Source: Candidatus Tepidifontimicrobium thermophilum (GTDB lineage: Bacteria; Sysuimicrobiota; Sysuimicrobiia; Sysuimicrobiales; Sysuimicrobiaceae). From it: a stretch of DNA of 15,609 nucleotides. The position numbers were made by a program, and so were the translations under genes. The notes beneath the pieces were generated by a model. The model saw only the letters and a program-made list of their open reading frames with translations. It did not search any database and was not told where the DNA came from. The stretch spans positions 1 to 15,609 of the forward strand of contig JAVKHO010000021.1 of the NCBI GenBank assembly GCA_031459915.1. The letters are read 5' to 3'. Shown piece by piece: positions 1 through 8,274 of the stretch (the stretch's first letter is position 1; every line of letters begins with the position of its first letter).

Positions 1-69
1 CCGCAGGGGATCGAGATCACCAAGGCCATCCAGGAACTCAAGCGGGCCATCGTGTTGAGCCGGGCCTGA
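1..69 (+). CDS. 3' end of an unidentified protein-coding gene (…PQGIEITKAIQELKRAIVLSRA*), truncated by the window edge
   Basis: Frame 1 is open from base 1 to TGA at 67-69 with strongly G/C third positions and is followed by a hairpin. Too short to assign a product. Confidence 0.7.
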   Translation, partial: PQGIEITKAIQELKRAIVLSRA

Positions 70-75
70 CGCGAA

Positions 76-103
76 GCGGGGGAGGGCCGCCGCCCTCCCC
101 CGC
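76..103. terminator. Perfect 12-bp GC-rich hairpin between convergent genes, probable bidirectional terminator
   Basis: GCGGGGGAGGGC (76-87), loop CGCC, GCCCTCCCCCGC (92-103). It lies between the stop at 69 (+) and the stop at 128 (-). No clear U-tract on either side. Confidence 0.65.
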
Positions 104-127
104 CCCCTGGCGGCTGACGTCCGGGCC

Positions 128-1696
128 CTAGCGCCGACCACCCACCAGCCCCTGCTCCCTCCACTTCTGGAACACCCGCCGGATCTGGGCGGCCGCCGCG
201 TCCAGGGCCTGCTCCGGTGTGTCGATCCCCTGGGCAACGCGGGCGAACATCACGTTGAGGATCCACGTGTTGAACACCTCGTCGATGGCCGCACTGGACG
301 GCCCTGGCCAGCCCACGTTGTGCGCCCACTCGTACGCGGTCTCGATGGTGGCCAGCTTGTCCTTGCGATCCCCTGCGGCCTTCGCCACGGGGTCGTCCCG
401 CAGGTATGCTAGGCGCTTCTGCTTGGAAATGGCGTTCTGGAAGGTGGGGTAGTCGTACGCCTGCGAGGCATGGAACTTGCCGGGCGGCCAGCCCTCCCGG
501 GCAGCCACGTCCGGGTCGTAGCTCAACACGAGGTCGATGAGCAGCTTCTTGGCGGCCTCCCGCACGGGCCGCGGCCGGTTCCGCCAGATGAAGTACACTC
601 CCATGACGTGCTCCAGCCCCCGGGCCCCTGCCGGCCCTCGAGGCGCACGCTCCGTGATCCAGGTGTTGCGGGCGAACTGGACCGCGGGGGACTGGTTGGG
701 GTTCTCTCCGCGGCGGATGGCCGCGGCCGCCATGGTCTGGGCCGTGCGCGCGATGGAGATCGCGTTGGCGGCGATGGAGATCCGGCCGGCCAGGAACTCC
801 TCGTTGTTGGACGCCGCGGTCCACGCGAACACACCGGGGAACATGGTCTCCTCGTACAGCGCCTTGACGAACCGGAGCGCATCCAGGGTTCGCTGGCGGA
901 AGGGCGGAACGTCCAGGATCACGTTGCCCGCCTCATCCTGCTCCCCGGTCCCCCACGAGTACATCAGGGCCCGCAGCCACATTCCCGTGTCGATCTCCTG
1001 ACTGAGCCCCAGGCCCACCGGGTGGCCCATCCGCTTAAGCTCACGACCCGCCTTCCGGATGTCATCCCACGTGATGGGGCCCAGCAGGGGCACCCGCTGG
1101 TCTCCGGTCAGACGCGCGGACACCTGCCGCCAAAGGTCCGCGCGGTAGTGGATGGGGTCAGGCACGAAGTTGTCCGACACCCCGAAGTACCGGCGGGTCA
1201 CCGGGTTATAGGTGCTCTTCTCCGCCAGCGGAATGTAGGGGCCCACCTTCCGCTTGAGCTCCTCGACGACCTCCCGGTGGGCGTCGGTGTCCACCTGCCG
1301 CTCCAGGGTGGCGGGCGGCGTGAGGTACTGGATCATGTCGTGGCCCGGGTCCGCACCCGCCGCCACTCTGGCCGCCTCGGAGGCGGCGATGGCGGGGATC
1401 TCCGCCAGGCCCACGTTCTCCACCACCACCCGCACCCCGTTCTTCTCCCCCCACTTGGGAGCGAAGACCTTGTTGAACCACTCGTCGTACGGCGGGACGA
1501 AGTGCCGCCACTGCAGGATCCGCAGGGTCACCGGCTGCGCCCGGGTCCGCTCGGTGAGCACGAGGGGCCCCAGGCTCCCCGCAGCCGCCCCGGCGGCCGC
1601 GGACTTGAGGAAGTCCCGGCGCGTGAGCCGGCGCCACCGGCCCTCCGCCACCTGGACCCACGTCTCGTCCTGCTTGCGTTCCTGCTCCATCTCCAT
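128..1696 (-). CDS. ABC transporter substrate-binding protein, carbohydrate (CUT1) type, Tat-exported
   Basis: Twin-arginine signal TRRDFLK, hydrophobic h-region and TRA-Q cleavage-like site. SBP-like segments (LRILQWRHFVP, HYRADLW, ITWDDIRKAGRELK, terminal TPEQALDAAAAQI helix). GAGGGGGG precedes the ATG, and two CUT1 permeases lie directly upstream. Confidence 0.9.
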   Translation of the reverse strand: MEMEQERKQDETWVQVAEGRWRRLTRRDFLKSAAAGAAAGSLGPLVLTERTRAQPVTLRILQWRHFVPPYDEWFNKVFAPKWGEKNGVRVVVENVGLAEIPAIAASEAARVAAGADPGHDMIQYLTPPATLERQVDTDAHREVVEELKRKVGPYIPLAEKSTYNPVTRRYFGVSDNFVPDPIHYRADLWRQVSARLTGDQRVPLLGPITWDDIRKAGRELKRMGHPVGLGLSQEIDTGMWLRALMYSWGTGEQDEAGNVILDVPPFRQRTLDALRFVKALYEETMFPGVFAWTAASNNEEFLAGRISIAANAISIARTAQTMAAAAIRRGENPNQSPAVQFARNTWITERAPRGPAGARGLEHVMGVYFIWRNRPRPVREAAKKLLIDLVLSYDPDVAAREGWPPGKFHASQAYDYPTFQNAISKQKRLAYLRDDPVAKAAGDRKDKLATIETAYEWAHNVGWPGPSSAAIDEVFNTWILNVMFARVAQGIDTPEQALDAAAAQIRRVFQKWREQGLVGGRR

Positions 1697-1721
1697 CCCC
1701 CCTCGCGGTGGTCCGTTCTCC

Positions 1722-2570
1722 TCAGCGGAAGGCGCCGCTGAGGGTGAAACTCCCCACGAAACGTTCGATCACGAGATAGTACAGGGCTGCCACCGGCACG
1801 CTGGCGAGGAACGCGGAGGCCATGAGCGGGCCCCAGTCGAAGATGTCCCCCCGCACCATGTCCGCGGGGACCCCCACGCTGACGGTCTTCTGCGCCGTCG
1901 CGGTGACGAAGCTGAGGGCGTACACGAACTCCTGCGCGGACAGGGTGAAACTGAAGATGATCACCGTAACGATCCCGGGGACCGCCAGCGGCAGCAACAC
2001 GCGCCCCAAGGCGCCCAGGCGCGTGCACCCATCCACCATGGCCGCCTCCTCCAGCTCCCGCGGCAGCCCCCGTAAGAATCCCGAGAGCAGCCACGTGCAC
2101 AGCGGCACGGTGATGGTCGGGTACACCACGATCAGGGACCAGAGGGTGTTCTGCAGGCCGAGGGTGGTCACCACCAGGGACATGGGGATGAACAGCAGGG
2201 TGGGCGGGACCAGGTACACCAGGAAGATGGCGATGCTGGCCCGCTCCCCCCACCGGCCGAGCAGCCGCGCGAGGCTGTACGCCGCGGGGATCGTGAGCAG
2301 GAGGGTGACCATCACCACCCCCGCGCCCACCAGGGCGGTGTTCACCACCCACCGGGCGAACCGGGTCTTCGTGAAGGCGTACTGCAGGTGCTCCAGAGTC
2401 GGTGGCTCGTTGAACCAGAACGGGTTGTTCTGTGGGTTGTAGAGGTCGGAGTTCTGCTTGAAGGCGGTGATCCCCATCCACGCGAAGGGGAACGCCGCGA
2501 ACACCACGAAGGCGCCGACCAGAGCCACCCGCCCGACGGTCAGCAGCCAGCGCCGCGTCCGGCTGCTCAC
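1722..2570 (-). CDS. Carbohydrate ABC transporter permease (MalG/UgpE-like), 282 aa
   Basis: EAA loop LPRELEEAAMVDGC, FPFAWM, AAYSLAR and DWGPLMA motifs. The real start is GTG 2570, overlapping the upstream TGA (GTGA). The 576-aa ORF-track version is over-extended. Confidence 0.92.
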   Translation of the reverse strand: MSSRTRRWLLTVGRVALVGAFVVFAAFPFAWMGITAFKQNSDLYNPQNNPFWFNEPPTLEHLQYAFTKTRFARWVVNTALVGAGVVMVTLLLTIPAAYSLARLLGRWGERASIAIFLVYLVPPTLLFIPMSLVVTTLGLQNTLWSLIVVYPTITVPLCTWLLSGFLRGLPRELEEAAMVDGCTRLGALGRVLLPLAVPGIVTVIIFSFTLSAQEFVYALSFVTATAQKTVSVGVPADMVRGDIFDWGPLMASAFLASVPVAALYYLVIERFVGSFTLSGAFR

Positions 2571-3499
2571 CAGGCCACCTCCGCCCGCCGGGCCGCCCGG
2601 AGCACGAACACCGCGGCCACCAGGAGCACAGGGAACAGCAACAACGAGATGGTGGCACCCACACTCAGGTTCCCGCCCACGATCCCCTTGAAGAAGGCCA
2701 GGCTGGCCAGCACCTGGGTGGTGTCGAAGGGACCCCCTCGGGTGAGGACGTACACCACCGTCATGTCCGTGAAGGTGAAGATGGTGCCGAACAGGAGGGC
2801 CACCACCGCCACAGGTGCCAGCAGGGGGAGCATCACGTGCCGGTATTTCTGCCACAGGTTCGCCCCGTCCACCTCCGCCTGGTCCAGGAAGTCCTGCGGG
2901 ATGGCGGAGTGGCCGGCCAGGAGGACCACGGTGGCGAAGGGCAGCATGCGCCACACGTGCACCGCCACCACCGCCCCGAAGGCCAGGTCCGGCCGGCCGA
3001 GCCAGAACATGTTGGCTCCCGGCGGCAGCAGGCCCAGGCCCCGCAGCGCCCAGTCCAGGACGCTGAACCGGGCGTGCAGGATCCACAGCCACCCGATGGT
3101 GGACAGGGAAACGGGGGCCACCCACGGCAGCAGGAGGAGGAACATCACCGCCCCGCGGCCGCGGAACGGCCGGCGCAGGGCCAGAGCCAGCACGTTGGAC
3201 AGCACCATCACCAGCACCTGGGCGGTGAGGGTGAACACGAAGGTGTTCCGTAGGGCCCGGGAGGCCACGGGGTCCTGGAACACCAGGGCGAAGTTCGCGA
3301 GCCCGATGAACCGTCCAAAGGGGTTGCCTGTCGTGGCGTCTGTCCAGCTGAGGTAGAGGGCGAACAGGAACGGGAACCCTACCAGGAGGACGATGTAGGC
3401 CACCGCGGGCACCAGGAGGGTCGGCGCCAGGACACGGTCCCGCTCCAGCCACGTGCGGCCCCGGGACAAAGCCGCCCCGATCCCCTCCGCCACCGCCAT
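2567..3499 (-). CDS. Carbohydrate ABC transporter permease (MalF/UgpA-like), 310 aa
   Basis: FIGLANF, LLLPW, VWRMLPF, EAA-loop variant IPQDFLDQAEVDGA, LTRGGP. ATG 3499 is preceded by SD AGAGGAG. Confidence 0.92.
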   Translation of the reverse strand: MAVAEGIGAALSRGRTWLERDRVLAPTLLVPAVAYIVLLVGFPFLFALYLSWTDATTGNPFGRFIGLANFALVFQDPVASRALRNTFVFTLTAQVLVMVLSNVLALALRRPFRGRGAVMFLLLLPWVAPVSLSTIGWLWILHARFSVLDWALRGLGLLPPGANMFWLGRPDLAFGAVVAVHVWRMLPFATVVLLAGHSAIPQDFLDQAEVDGANLWQKYRHVMLPLLAPVAVVALLFGTIFTFTDMTVVYVLTRGGPFDTTQVLASLAFFKGIVGGNLSVGATISLLLFPVLLVAAVFVLRAARRAEVAW

Positions 3500-3562
3500 C
3501 TGAGAACTCCTCTCGCTTGCCCTTCCGGCCCGGCCACCGCGTCCGGGCGCGGTCTCCAGCAA

Positions 3563-3592
3563 AACCTAGCCGCGGTGGTGTAACGATGTCAA
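3563..3592 (-). promoter_or_regulatory. Putative sigma70 promoter for the ABC importer operon
   Basis: Minus strand TTGACA (3592-3587), 18-nt spacer, TAGGTT (3568-3563), about 60 nt before the permease ATG. The -35 contains the TGA stop of the adenosyltransferase gene. Confidence 0.6.
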
Positions 3593-4176
3593 GGCGTCGG
3601 TTCGCCTCCTTCCGCGGTCGGCGGGCCTGCGCGCCACGGGGCTTCCGCGGTTCCCGCGGCGAGGTTGACCCACCGCGCGGCCACGAACAGCAGGTCGCCG
3701 AGGCGGTTCAGATACCGGAGGATGTCCGGGTTCACCGCCGCCCGCTCCGCCAGGGCCACCACCCGCCGCTCCGCGCGCCGGCAGACTGCCCGGGCCACGT
3801 GGAACAGGGCACCCGCTTCGCTGCCCCCCGGGAGCACAAAGCCGCGCAGGGGCGGGAGGTCCGCCGCCAGGCGGTCGATCCACCCTTCCAGCACCTGCAC
3901 CGACGAGGCACTGACGCGCGGCACCCGGGAGGCCAGCTTGGGATCCTCCACCCGCGCGGTGGCCAGTTCCGCCCCTACCTCGAACAGCGTCCCCTGCACG
4001 TCCGCCAGCAGGTCCGACAGCGCCCCCGCGGGCAACTTGGCCCGCACCAGCCCCAGCAGGGTATTTAGCTCGTCCACCGTTCCGTAGGCCTCCACCCGCG
4101 GATCCGCCTTGGACACCCGTTCGCCGCCGAACAGGCCCGTCTGCCCGCTGTCACCCGTCCGGGTGTAGATCTTCAC
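3589..4176 (-). CDS. pduO: ATP:cob(I)alamin adenosyltransferase, PduO type
   Basis: Signature KIYTRTGDxGxTGLFGGERVSK, EAYGTVDELN, FVLPGG, ARAVCRRAER, YLNRLGDLLFVAAR. GTG start with SD GGAGG. Confidence 0.95.
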   Translation of the reverse strand: MKIYTRTGDSGQTGLFGGERVSKADPRVEAYGTVDELNTLLGLVRAKLPAGALSDLLADVQGTLFEVGAELATARVEDPKLASRVPRVSASSVQVLEGWIDRLAADLPPLRGFVLPGGSEAGALFHVARAVCRRAERRVVALAERAAVNPDILRYLNRLGDLLFVAARWVNLAAGTAEAPWRAGPPTAEGGEPTP

Positions 4177-4185
4177 CCACGCCTC

Positions 4186-4917
4186 CTACCGGCCCTCGCT
4201 CAGCCGCTCCCACAGAGGGCGCGGGAGCCCCCGCGCCTGCATCTTCGCCTGCACCGCCTCCACAGGGTACAGCACCCGCCGGAGCTCCAGGGTTCCCGCA
4301 CCGGTGTCCAGGACTACGTACGCGGCGCGGGGATCCCCGTCCCGCGGCTGGCCCACGCTGCCGACGTTGATCAAGTGCCGGAGATGACGTTCCAGTTTCA
4401 CTGCGACATTGGGCGCCAGCGGGAAGACGTAGGTGCGCACCCCGTCGTGGGCGAACCGCACCGGCACGTGGGTGTGCCCGAACAGGCAGACGGAGAACTC
4501 CGCCGCGCGGAAGTTGTCGTCCGCGGTCTCCCAGTCCAGGATGTATTCCTCCACGGGGTCCTGGGGGCTGGCGTGGACCAGCAGCATCCCCTCGAAGGTC
4601 TGCCGCGGCTGTAGGCCCTCCAGGTATGCCCGCACGGACGGCGAGAGCTGCTCCCGGGTCCACTCCACCGCGGCCCGCGCGAACAGGTTGAAACGCCGCG
4701 CGTCCAGCCGGCCTAGGGCCGCGAGGTCGTGGTTGCCCACCAGGGCGGCTACCAGGAGACCCCGCAGTCGCTCCACGCACGCGTTGGGGTCCGGCCCGTA
4801 GCCCACGAAGTCTCCCAGACACACCCACCTCTCGACCCCTTGCTGGCGCGCGTCCTCCAGCACGGCCTCCAGGGCTTCCAGGTTTGCGTGGACGTCCGAC
4901 AGGATCGCGTAGCGCAT
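4186..4917 (-). CDS. Calcineurin-like metallophosphoesterase (MJ0912-like), 243 aa
   Basis: Complete motif set: SDVHAN, LGDFVGYG, GNHD, HASP, GHTH, NVGSVGQPRDGDPRAAY. ATG 4917 preceded by GGGAG. The 408-aa ORF-track version is over-extended through hisIE. Confidence 0.92.
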   Translation of the reverse strand: MRYAILSDVHANLEALEAVLEDARQQGVERWVCLGDFVGYGPDPNACVERLRGLLVAALVGNHDLAALGRLDARRFNLFARAAVEWTREQLSPSVRAYLEGLQPRQTFEGMLLVHASPQDPVEEYILDWETADDNFRAAEFSVCLFGHTHVPVRFAHDGVRTYVFPLAPNVAVKLERHLRHLINVGSVGQPRDGDPRAAYVVLDTGAGTLELRRVLYPVEAVQAKMQARGLPRPLWERLSEGR

Positions 4918-4933
4918 GGGCTCCCGCACCCGG

Positions 4934-4939
4934 AGGATA
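4934..4939 (-). promoter_or_regulatory. Possible -10 element (TATCCT) of an internal promoter for the phosphoesterase-pduO pair
   Basis: TAnnnT hexamer 16 nt upstream of ATG 4917 in an otherwise GC-rich 44-nt gap. No convincing -35. Confidence 0.3.
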
Positions 4940-4961
4940 CCCCAGGACGGGCCCGGCTGTC

Positions 4962-5579
4962 CTACCGGGTTCGGCGGGCGGCCAGCACCTGGAGCACCTG
5001 GGACCACGGCACGCCTTCGCGCGCGAGGAGGACCAGCAGGTGGTACACGAGGTCCGCAGCCTCCTCCGCCAGACGCTCCGGCCCTTCCTCCCGCGCGGCC
5101 CGGACCACTTCCGCGGTCTCCTCGAACAGCTTCTCGTGCAGCCGCGCAGGGTCTGCGGCGAGCAGGGACGCGGTGTAGGAGCCCGGGGGCGGTTGCCGCA
5201 GACGGTCGCGGATGACCCGCTCCAGCTCCTCCAGCACGCCGACGGCCGGCTCCGCCCGCTCGCCGGCCAGGTCCCGGTGGAAGCAGGACAGCTCGCCCGT
5301 GTGGCACGCGGGTCCCTGGGGGTCCACCACGTAAAGCAGGGCGTCCCCGTCGCAGTCCTGCAGGATCTGGAAGACGTGGAGGGAGTGGCCGGAGGTCTCC
5401 CCCTTGCGCCACAAGGCGTTGCGGGACCGGCTCCAGAAGTGGGCCAATCCCACCTCGCGGGTGCGCTGCAGGGCCTCGTCGTTGGCGTACGCCAGCATCA
5501 GCACCTGCCCCGAACGCCGGTCCTGGACCACCACCGGCCGCAGCCCCCCAACCTTCCCCGTGCTCACAGGCTCACCCAC
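4962..5579 (-). CDS. hisIE: Bifunctional phosphoribosyl-AMP cyclohydrolase / phosphoribosyl-ATP pyrophosphatase
   Basis: HisI motifs [36 protein letters not shown]. HisE motifs [25 protein letters not shown] 5579 has SD GAGGTG; alternative GTG 5567 overlaps the hisF stop. Confidence 0.96.
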   Translation of the reverse strand: MGEPVSTGKVGGLRPVVVQDRRSGQVLMLAYANDEALQRTREVGLAHFWSRSRNALWRKGETSGHSLHVFQILQDCDGDALLYVVDPQGPACHTGELSCFHRDLAGERAEPAVGVLEELERVIRDRLRQPPPGSYTASLLAADPARLHEKLFEETAEVVRAAREEGPERLAEEAADLVYHLLVLLAREGVPWSQVLQVLAARRTR

Positions 5580-6343
5580 GGTTGCACCTCACGGACGGGA
5601 ATCCCGTGAGCCTTCAAGGCGGCCTTCACGTCCCGGATGCGGAGCTGCCCGAAGTGGAAGACGGACGCCGCGAGGGCCGCGTCCGCTTCCCCCTCCGTGA
5701 GGACCTCCACGAAGTGCTCCACCTTCCCGGCGCCCCCGGAGGCGATGACGGGCACCGTGACGGCCCGGCTGACCGCCCGGGTCAACTCCACGTCGAACCC
5801 CTCCGTGGTCCCGTCCCGGTCCATGCTGGTCAGCAGGATCTCGCCCGCTCCCAGGTCCGCAGCCCGCTCCGCCCACGTCACCGCGTCGACGCCCGTGGGG
5901 CGACGTCCCCCGTGCGTGTAGACCTCCCAGCCCTGCGCTCGGCGCCGGGCGTCGATGGCTACGACCACGCACTGGCGCCCGAAGCGCTCCGCCAGCCGCC
6001 CTATTAGGTCCGGGTCCTGTACTGCGGCGGTGTTCACCGCCACCTTGTCCGCGCCAGCCCTCAGCATCCGCCGGGCGTCCTCCACCGACCGGATCCCGCC
6101 GCCCACGGTGAGGGGGATGAAGACCTCCCCCGCAGTGCGCCACACCGCGTCTTCGAGGATGGGCCGGTGCTGCGCGGAGGCCGTGATGTCCAGGAACACC
6201 AGCTCGTCCGCGCCCTCCCGGTCGTACGCCGCCGCCAGCTGTGCGGGGTCCCCTGCGTCCCGTAGGTTCACGAAGCGCACGCCCTTCACGACGCGTCCCG
6301 CGTCCACGTCCAGGCACGGGATGATCCGCTTCGCCAGGCTCAC
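5564..6343 (-). CDS. hisF: Imidazole glycerol phosphate synthase, cyclase subunit
   Basis: [73 protein letters not shown] start overlaps the hisA TGA. Confidence 0.97.
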   Translation of the reverse strand: MSLAKRIIPCLDVDAGRVVKGVRFVNLRDAGDPAQLAAAYDREGADELVFLDITASAQHRPILEDAVWRTAGEVFIPLTVGGGIRSVEDARRMLRAGADKVAVNTAAVQDPDLIGRLAERFGRQCVVVAIDARRRAQGWEVYTHGGRRPTGVDAVTWAERAADLGAGEILLTSMDRDGTTEGFDVELTRAVSRAVTVPVIASGGAGKVEHFVEVLTEGEADAALAASVFHFGQLRIRDVKAALKAHGIPVREVQPWVSL

Positions 6344-7068
6344 GGACCCGCCCCCGCGCCCTTCCGCGCGGCCTTCAGGGCGTCCTCCAGCCGCAGGGTC
6401 CCCTCGTACAGCGCCCGGCCGACCACCACCCCGTCCACACCGACCCTCCGGAGGGCGCGCACGTCGTCCGCGTGCCGCACCCCGCCGGAGGCCACCACGG
6501 ACGCCCCCGAGGAGACCAGGGTGCGGTACAGAGGCAGGTTGGGTCCGGCCAGAACGCCGTCCGCGGCCACGTCGGTCACCAGCAGCCGGCTTGCTCCGCA
6601 CTGGAGCGCCCGCCGCGCAGCTTCCTCGACCGTGAGGGGCGTCGCCTCCGTCCAGCCGCGGATCACCACCCGGCCGTCCCGCGTGTCCAGGGCTACCACC
6701 ACGTGCTCGCCCCAGCGAGCGCACAGGCGCTCCAGCCACCCGGGGTCCAGGACCGCACGCGTTCCCACCACCACGCGGTCCGCGCCCGCCTGCAGAGCTT
6801 GCTCGACCGCCTGTTCCGTGCGCAGGCCGCCACCCACCTGCACCCGCAGCCCCACCCGGGCCAAGGCGGACACCACGTTCAGCTGCCGGGGGAACCCGTG
6901 CCGCGCGCCGTCCAGGTCCACCACGTGCACCCACGTGGCTCCGGCCCGCAACCACCCCTGTGCCACGTCCACCGGGTCGGCGGCGTACTCGGTGACCCGC
7001 CGGAAGTCCCCCTGGGCCAGCCGGACCACGCGGCCGTCCAGCAGGTCCAGGGCCGGGAAAACCGTCAC
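6340..7068 (-). CDS. hisA: ProFAR isomerase
   Basis: [54 protein letters not shown] start overlaps the hisH TGA. Confidence 0.96.
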   Translation of the reverse strand: MTVFPALDLLDGRVVRLAQGDFRRVTEYAADPVDVAQGWLRAGATWVHVVDLDGARHGFPRQLNVVSALARVGLRVQVGGGLRTEQAVEQALQAGADRVVVGTRAVLDPGWLERLCARWGEHVVVALDTRDGRVVIRGWTEATPLTVEEAARRALQCGASRLLVTDVAADGVLAGPNLPLYRTLVSSGASVVASGGVRHADDVRALRRVGVDGVVVGRALYEGTLRLEDALKAARKGAGAGP

Positions 7069-7685
7069 GGTCGTGCCGCCGCAGTGAGCCACTCCCGGAC
7101 CCCCAGGAGCAGCCGGCGACCCACGTCCCCGCTCTTCTCGGGGTGGAACTGGAAACCCGCCACCGAGCCCACCTCCACCACGGCGGGGATCCCAACCGCG
7201 TACCACGTCTGCGCCACCACGCAGTCCGAAGCGGGCACCGCGTAGTAGGAGTGGACGAAGTACACGTACTCGCCGGATCGCACGTGCGCGGTGACCGCCG
7301 ACGGCCTCACCAGCTCCAGCCGGTTCCACCCCATGTGGGGCACTTTAACGCCGGGGGGCAGCCGCACCACCCGACCCCCAACCAGCCCCAGACCGGGATG
7401 GACGCCGTCCTCCTCGCTCCACTCAAACAGCAGCTGCATCCCCAGACATAGACCCAGTAGGGGCCTGCCTTCCCCGGCCCACGCCCGGAGGGCGTCCACA
7501 AACCCCGCCTCGCACAGCCGCTGCATCGCCGGTCCGAAGGCACCCACACCCGGTAGGACCACGAGCCCGGCGCCCTCCAGGTCAGAGGGCCGCTCCGCCC
7601 GCACGACCACGAACCCCGCGCGCGCCAGGGCCCGCTCCACGCTCCGCAGGTTGCCTGCACCGTAATCCACCAGGGCGGCCCGCAC
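7065..7685 (-). CDS. hisH: Imidazole glycerol phosphate synthase, glutaminase subunit
   Basis: [24 protein letters not shown] (catalytic Cys), [23 protein letters not shown] 7685 lies 10 nt after the hisB stop. Confidence 0.97.
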   Translation of the reverse strand: MRAALVDYGAGNLRSVERALARAGFVVVRAERPSDLEGAGLVVLPGVGAFGPAMQRLCEAGFVDALRAWAGEGRPLLGLCLGMQLLFEWSEEDGVHPGLGLVGGRVVRLPPGVKVPHMGWNRLELVRPSAVTAHVRSGEYVYFVHSYYAVPASDCVVAQTWYAVGIPAVVEVGSVAGFQFHPEKSGDVGRRLLLGVREWLTAAARP

Positions 7686-7695
7686 GGCGCTTCCC

Positions 7696-8274
7696 TTACA
7701 GCACACCCTTGGTGGACGGGTGACCGACCCGCTCCACGCGCACCGCGCGGCCCAGGACGACCCCGAAGCCCTTGAACGCTGCCTCTGCCAGGTGGTGGCT
7801 GTTGCGCCCGTGGACCGCCACCACGTGCAGGCTCACCCGGGAGCGGACCACGAAGGCCCGGAAGAACTCCTCCACCAGCTCGGTGGCGAAGGACCCGATG
7901 ACGGGCGTAGGCCAGTGGACGTCCCAGTGCAGGTACGGGCGTCCGCTCACGTCCACCGCACACAGCACCAGCGCGTCGTCCATGACCGCGTGCAGGCTGC
8001 TGAACCGCGCGATCCCCTGGCCGTCGCCCAGGGCCTGGCTGAAGGCGTCGCCCAACACGATCCCCACATCCTCCACCGTGTGGTGTGGGTCCACCGCCAC
8101 GTCTCCGGAGGCCTCCGCCTCCAGGTCGAACCCGCCGTGGTGAGCCCACTGCGCCAGCATGTGGTCCAGAAACGGAACCTGGGTGCGGACGCGGTGGCGA
8201 CCCTCACCGTCCAGGCGAAGCAGGACCCGCACCCGGGTCTCGGCAGTCGTGCGTTCCACCTGGGCCTGCCTCAA
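7696..8274 (-). CDS. hisB: Imidazoleglycerol-phosphate dehydratase (monofunctional, 192 aa, no phosphatase domain)
   Basis: RTTAET, FLDHML, DPHHTVEDVGI, SGRP, NSHHLAEAAFKG, PSTKGVL. TTG start overlaps the hisC TGA, with SD GGAGGT. Confidence 0.96.
   Translation of the reverse strand: MRQAQVERTTAETRVRVLLRLDGEGRHRVRTQVPFLDHMLAQWAHHGGFDLEAEASGDVAVDPHHTVEDVGIVLGDAFSQALGDGQGIARFSSLHAVMDDALVLCAVDVSGRPYLHWDVHWPTPVIGSFATELVEEFFRAFVVRSRVSLHVVAVHGRNSHHLAEAAFKGFGVVLGRAVRVERVGHPSTKGVL

Noticed and set aside
3500..3556. Riboswitch in the ABC operon leader (ACCGCG/CGCGGT stem at 3536-3553, weak stem over the SD)
   Set aside because: The stems are 5-6 bp in very GC-rich sequence, so expected by chance. 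The leader is too short for a cobalamin riboswitch and shows no recognisable aptamer.
1722..7329. Extended ORFs for the permease (576 aa), phosphoesterase (408 aa), HisF (543 aa) and HisA (329 aa)
   Set aside because: Same high-GC artefact. Family motifs begin only at the shorter starts, which have an SD or stop/start overlap.
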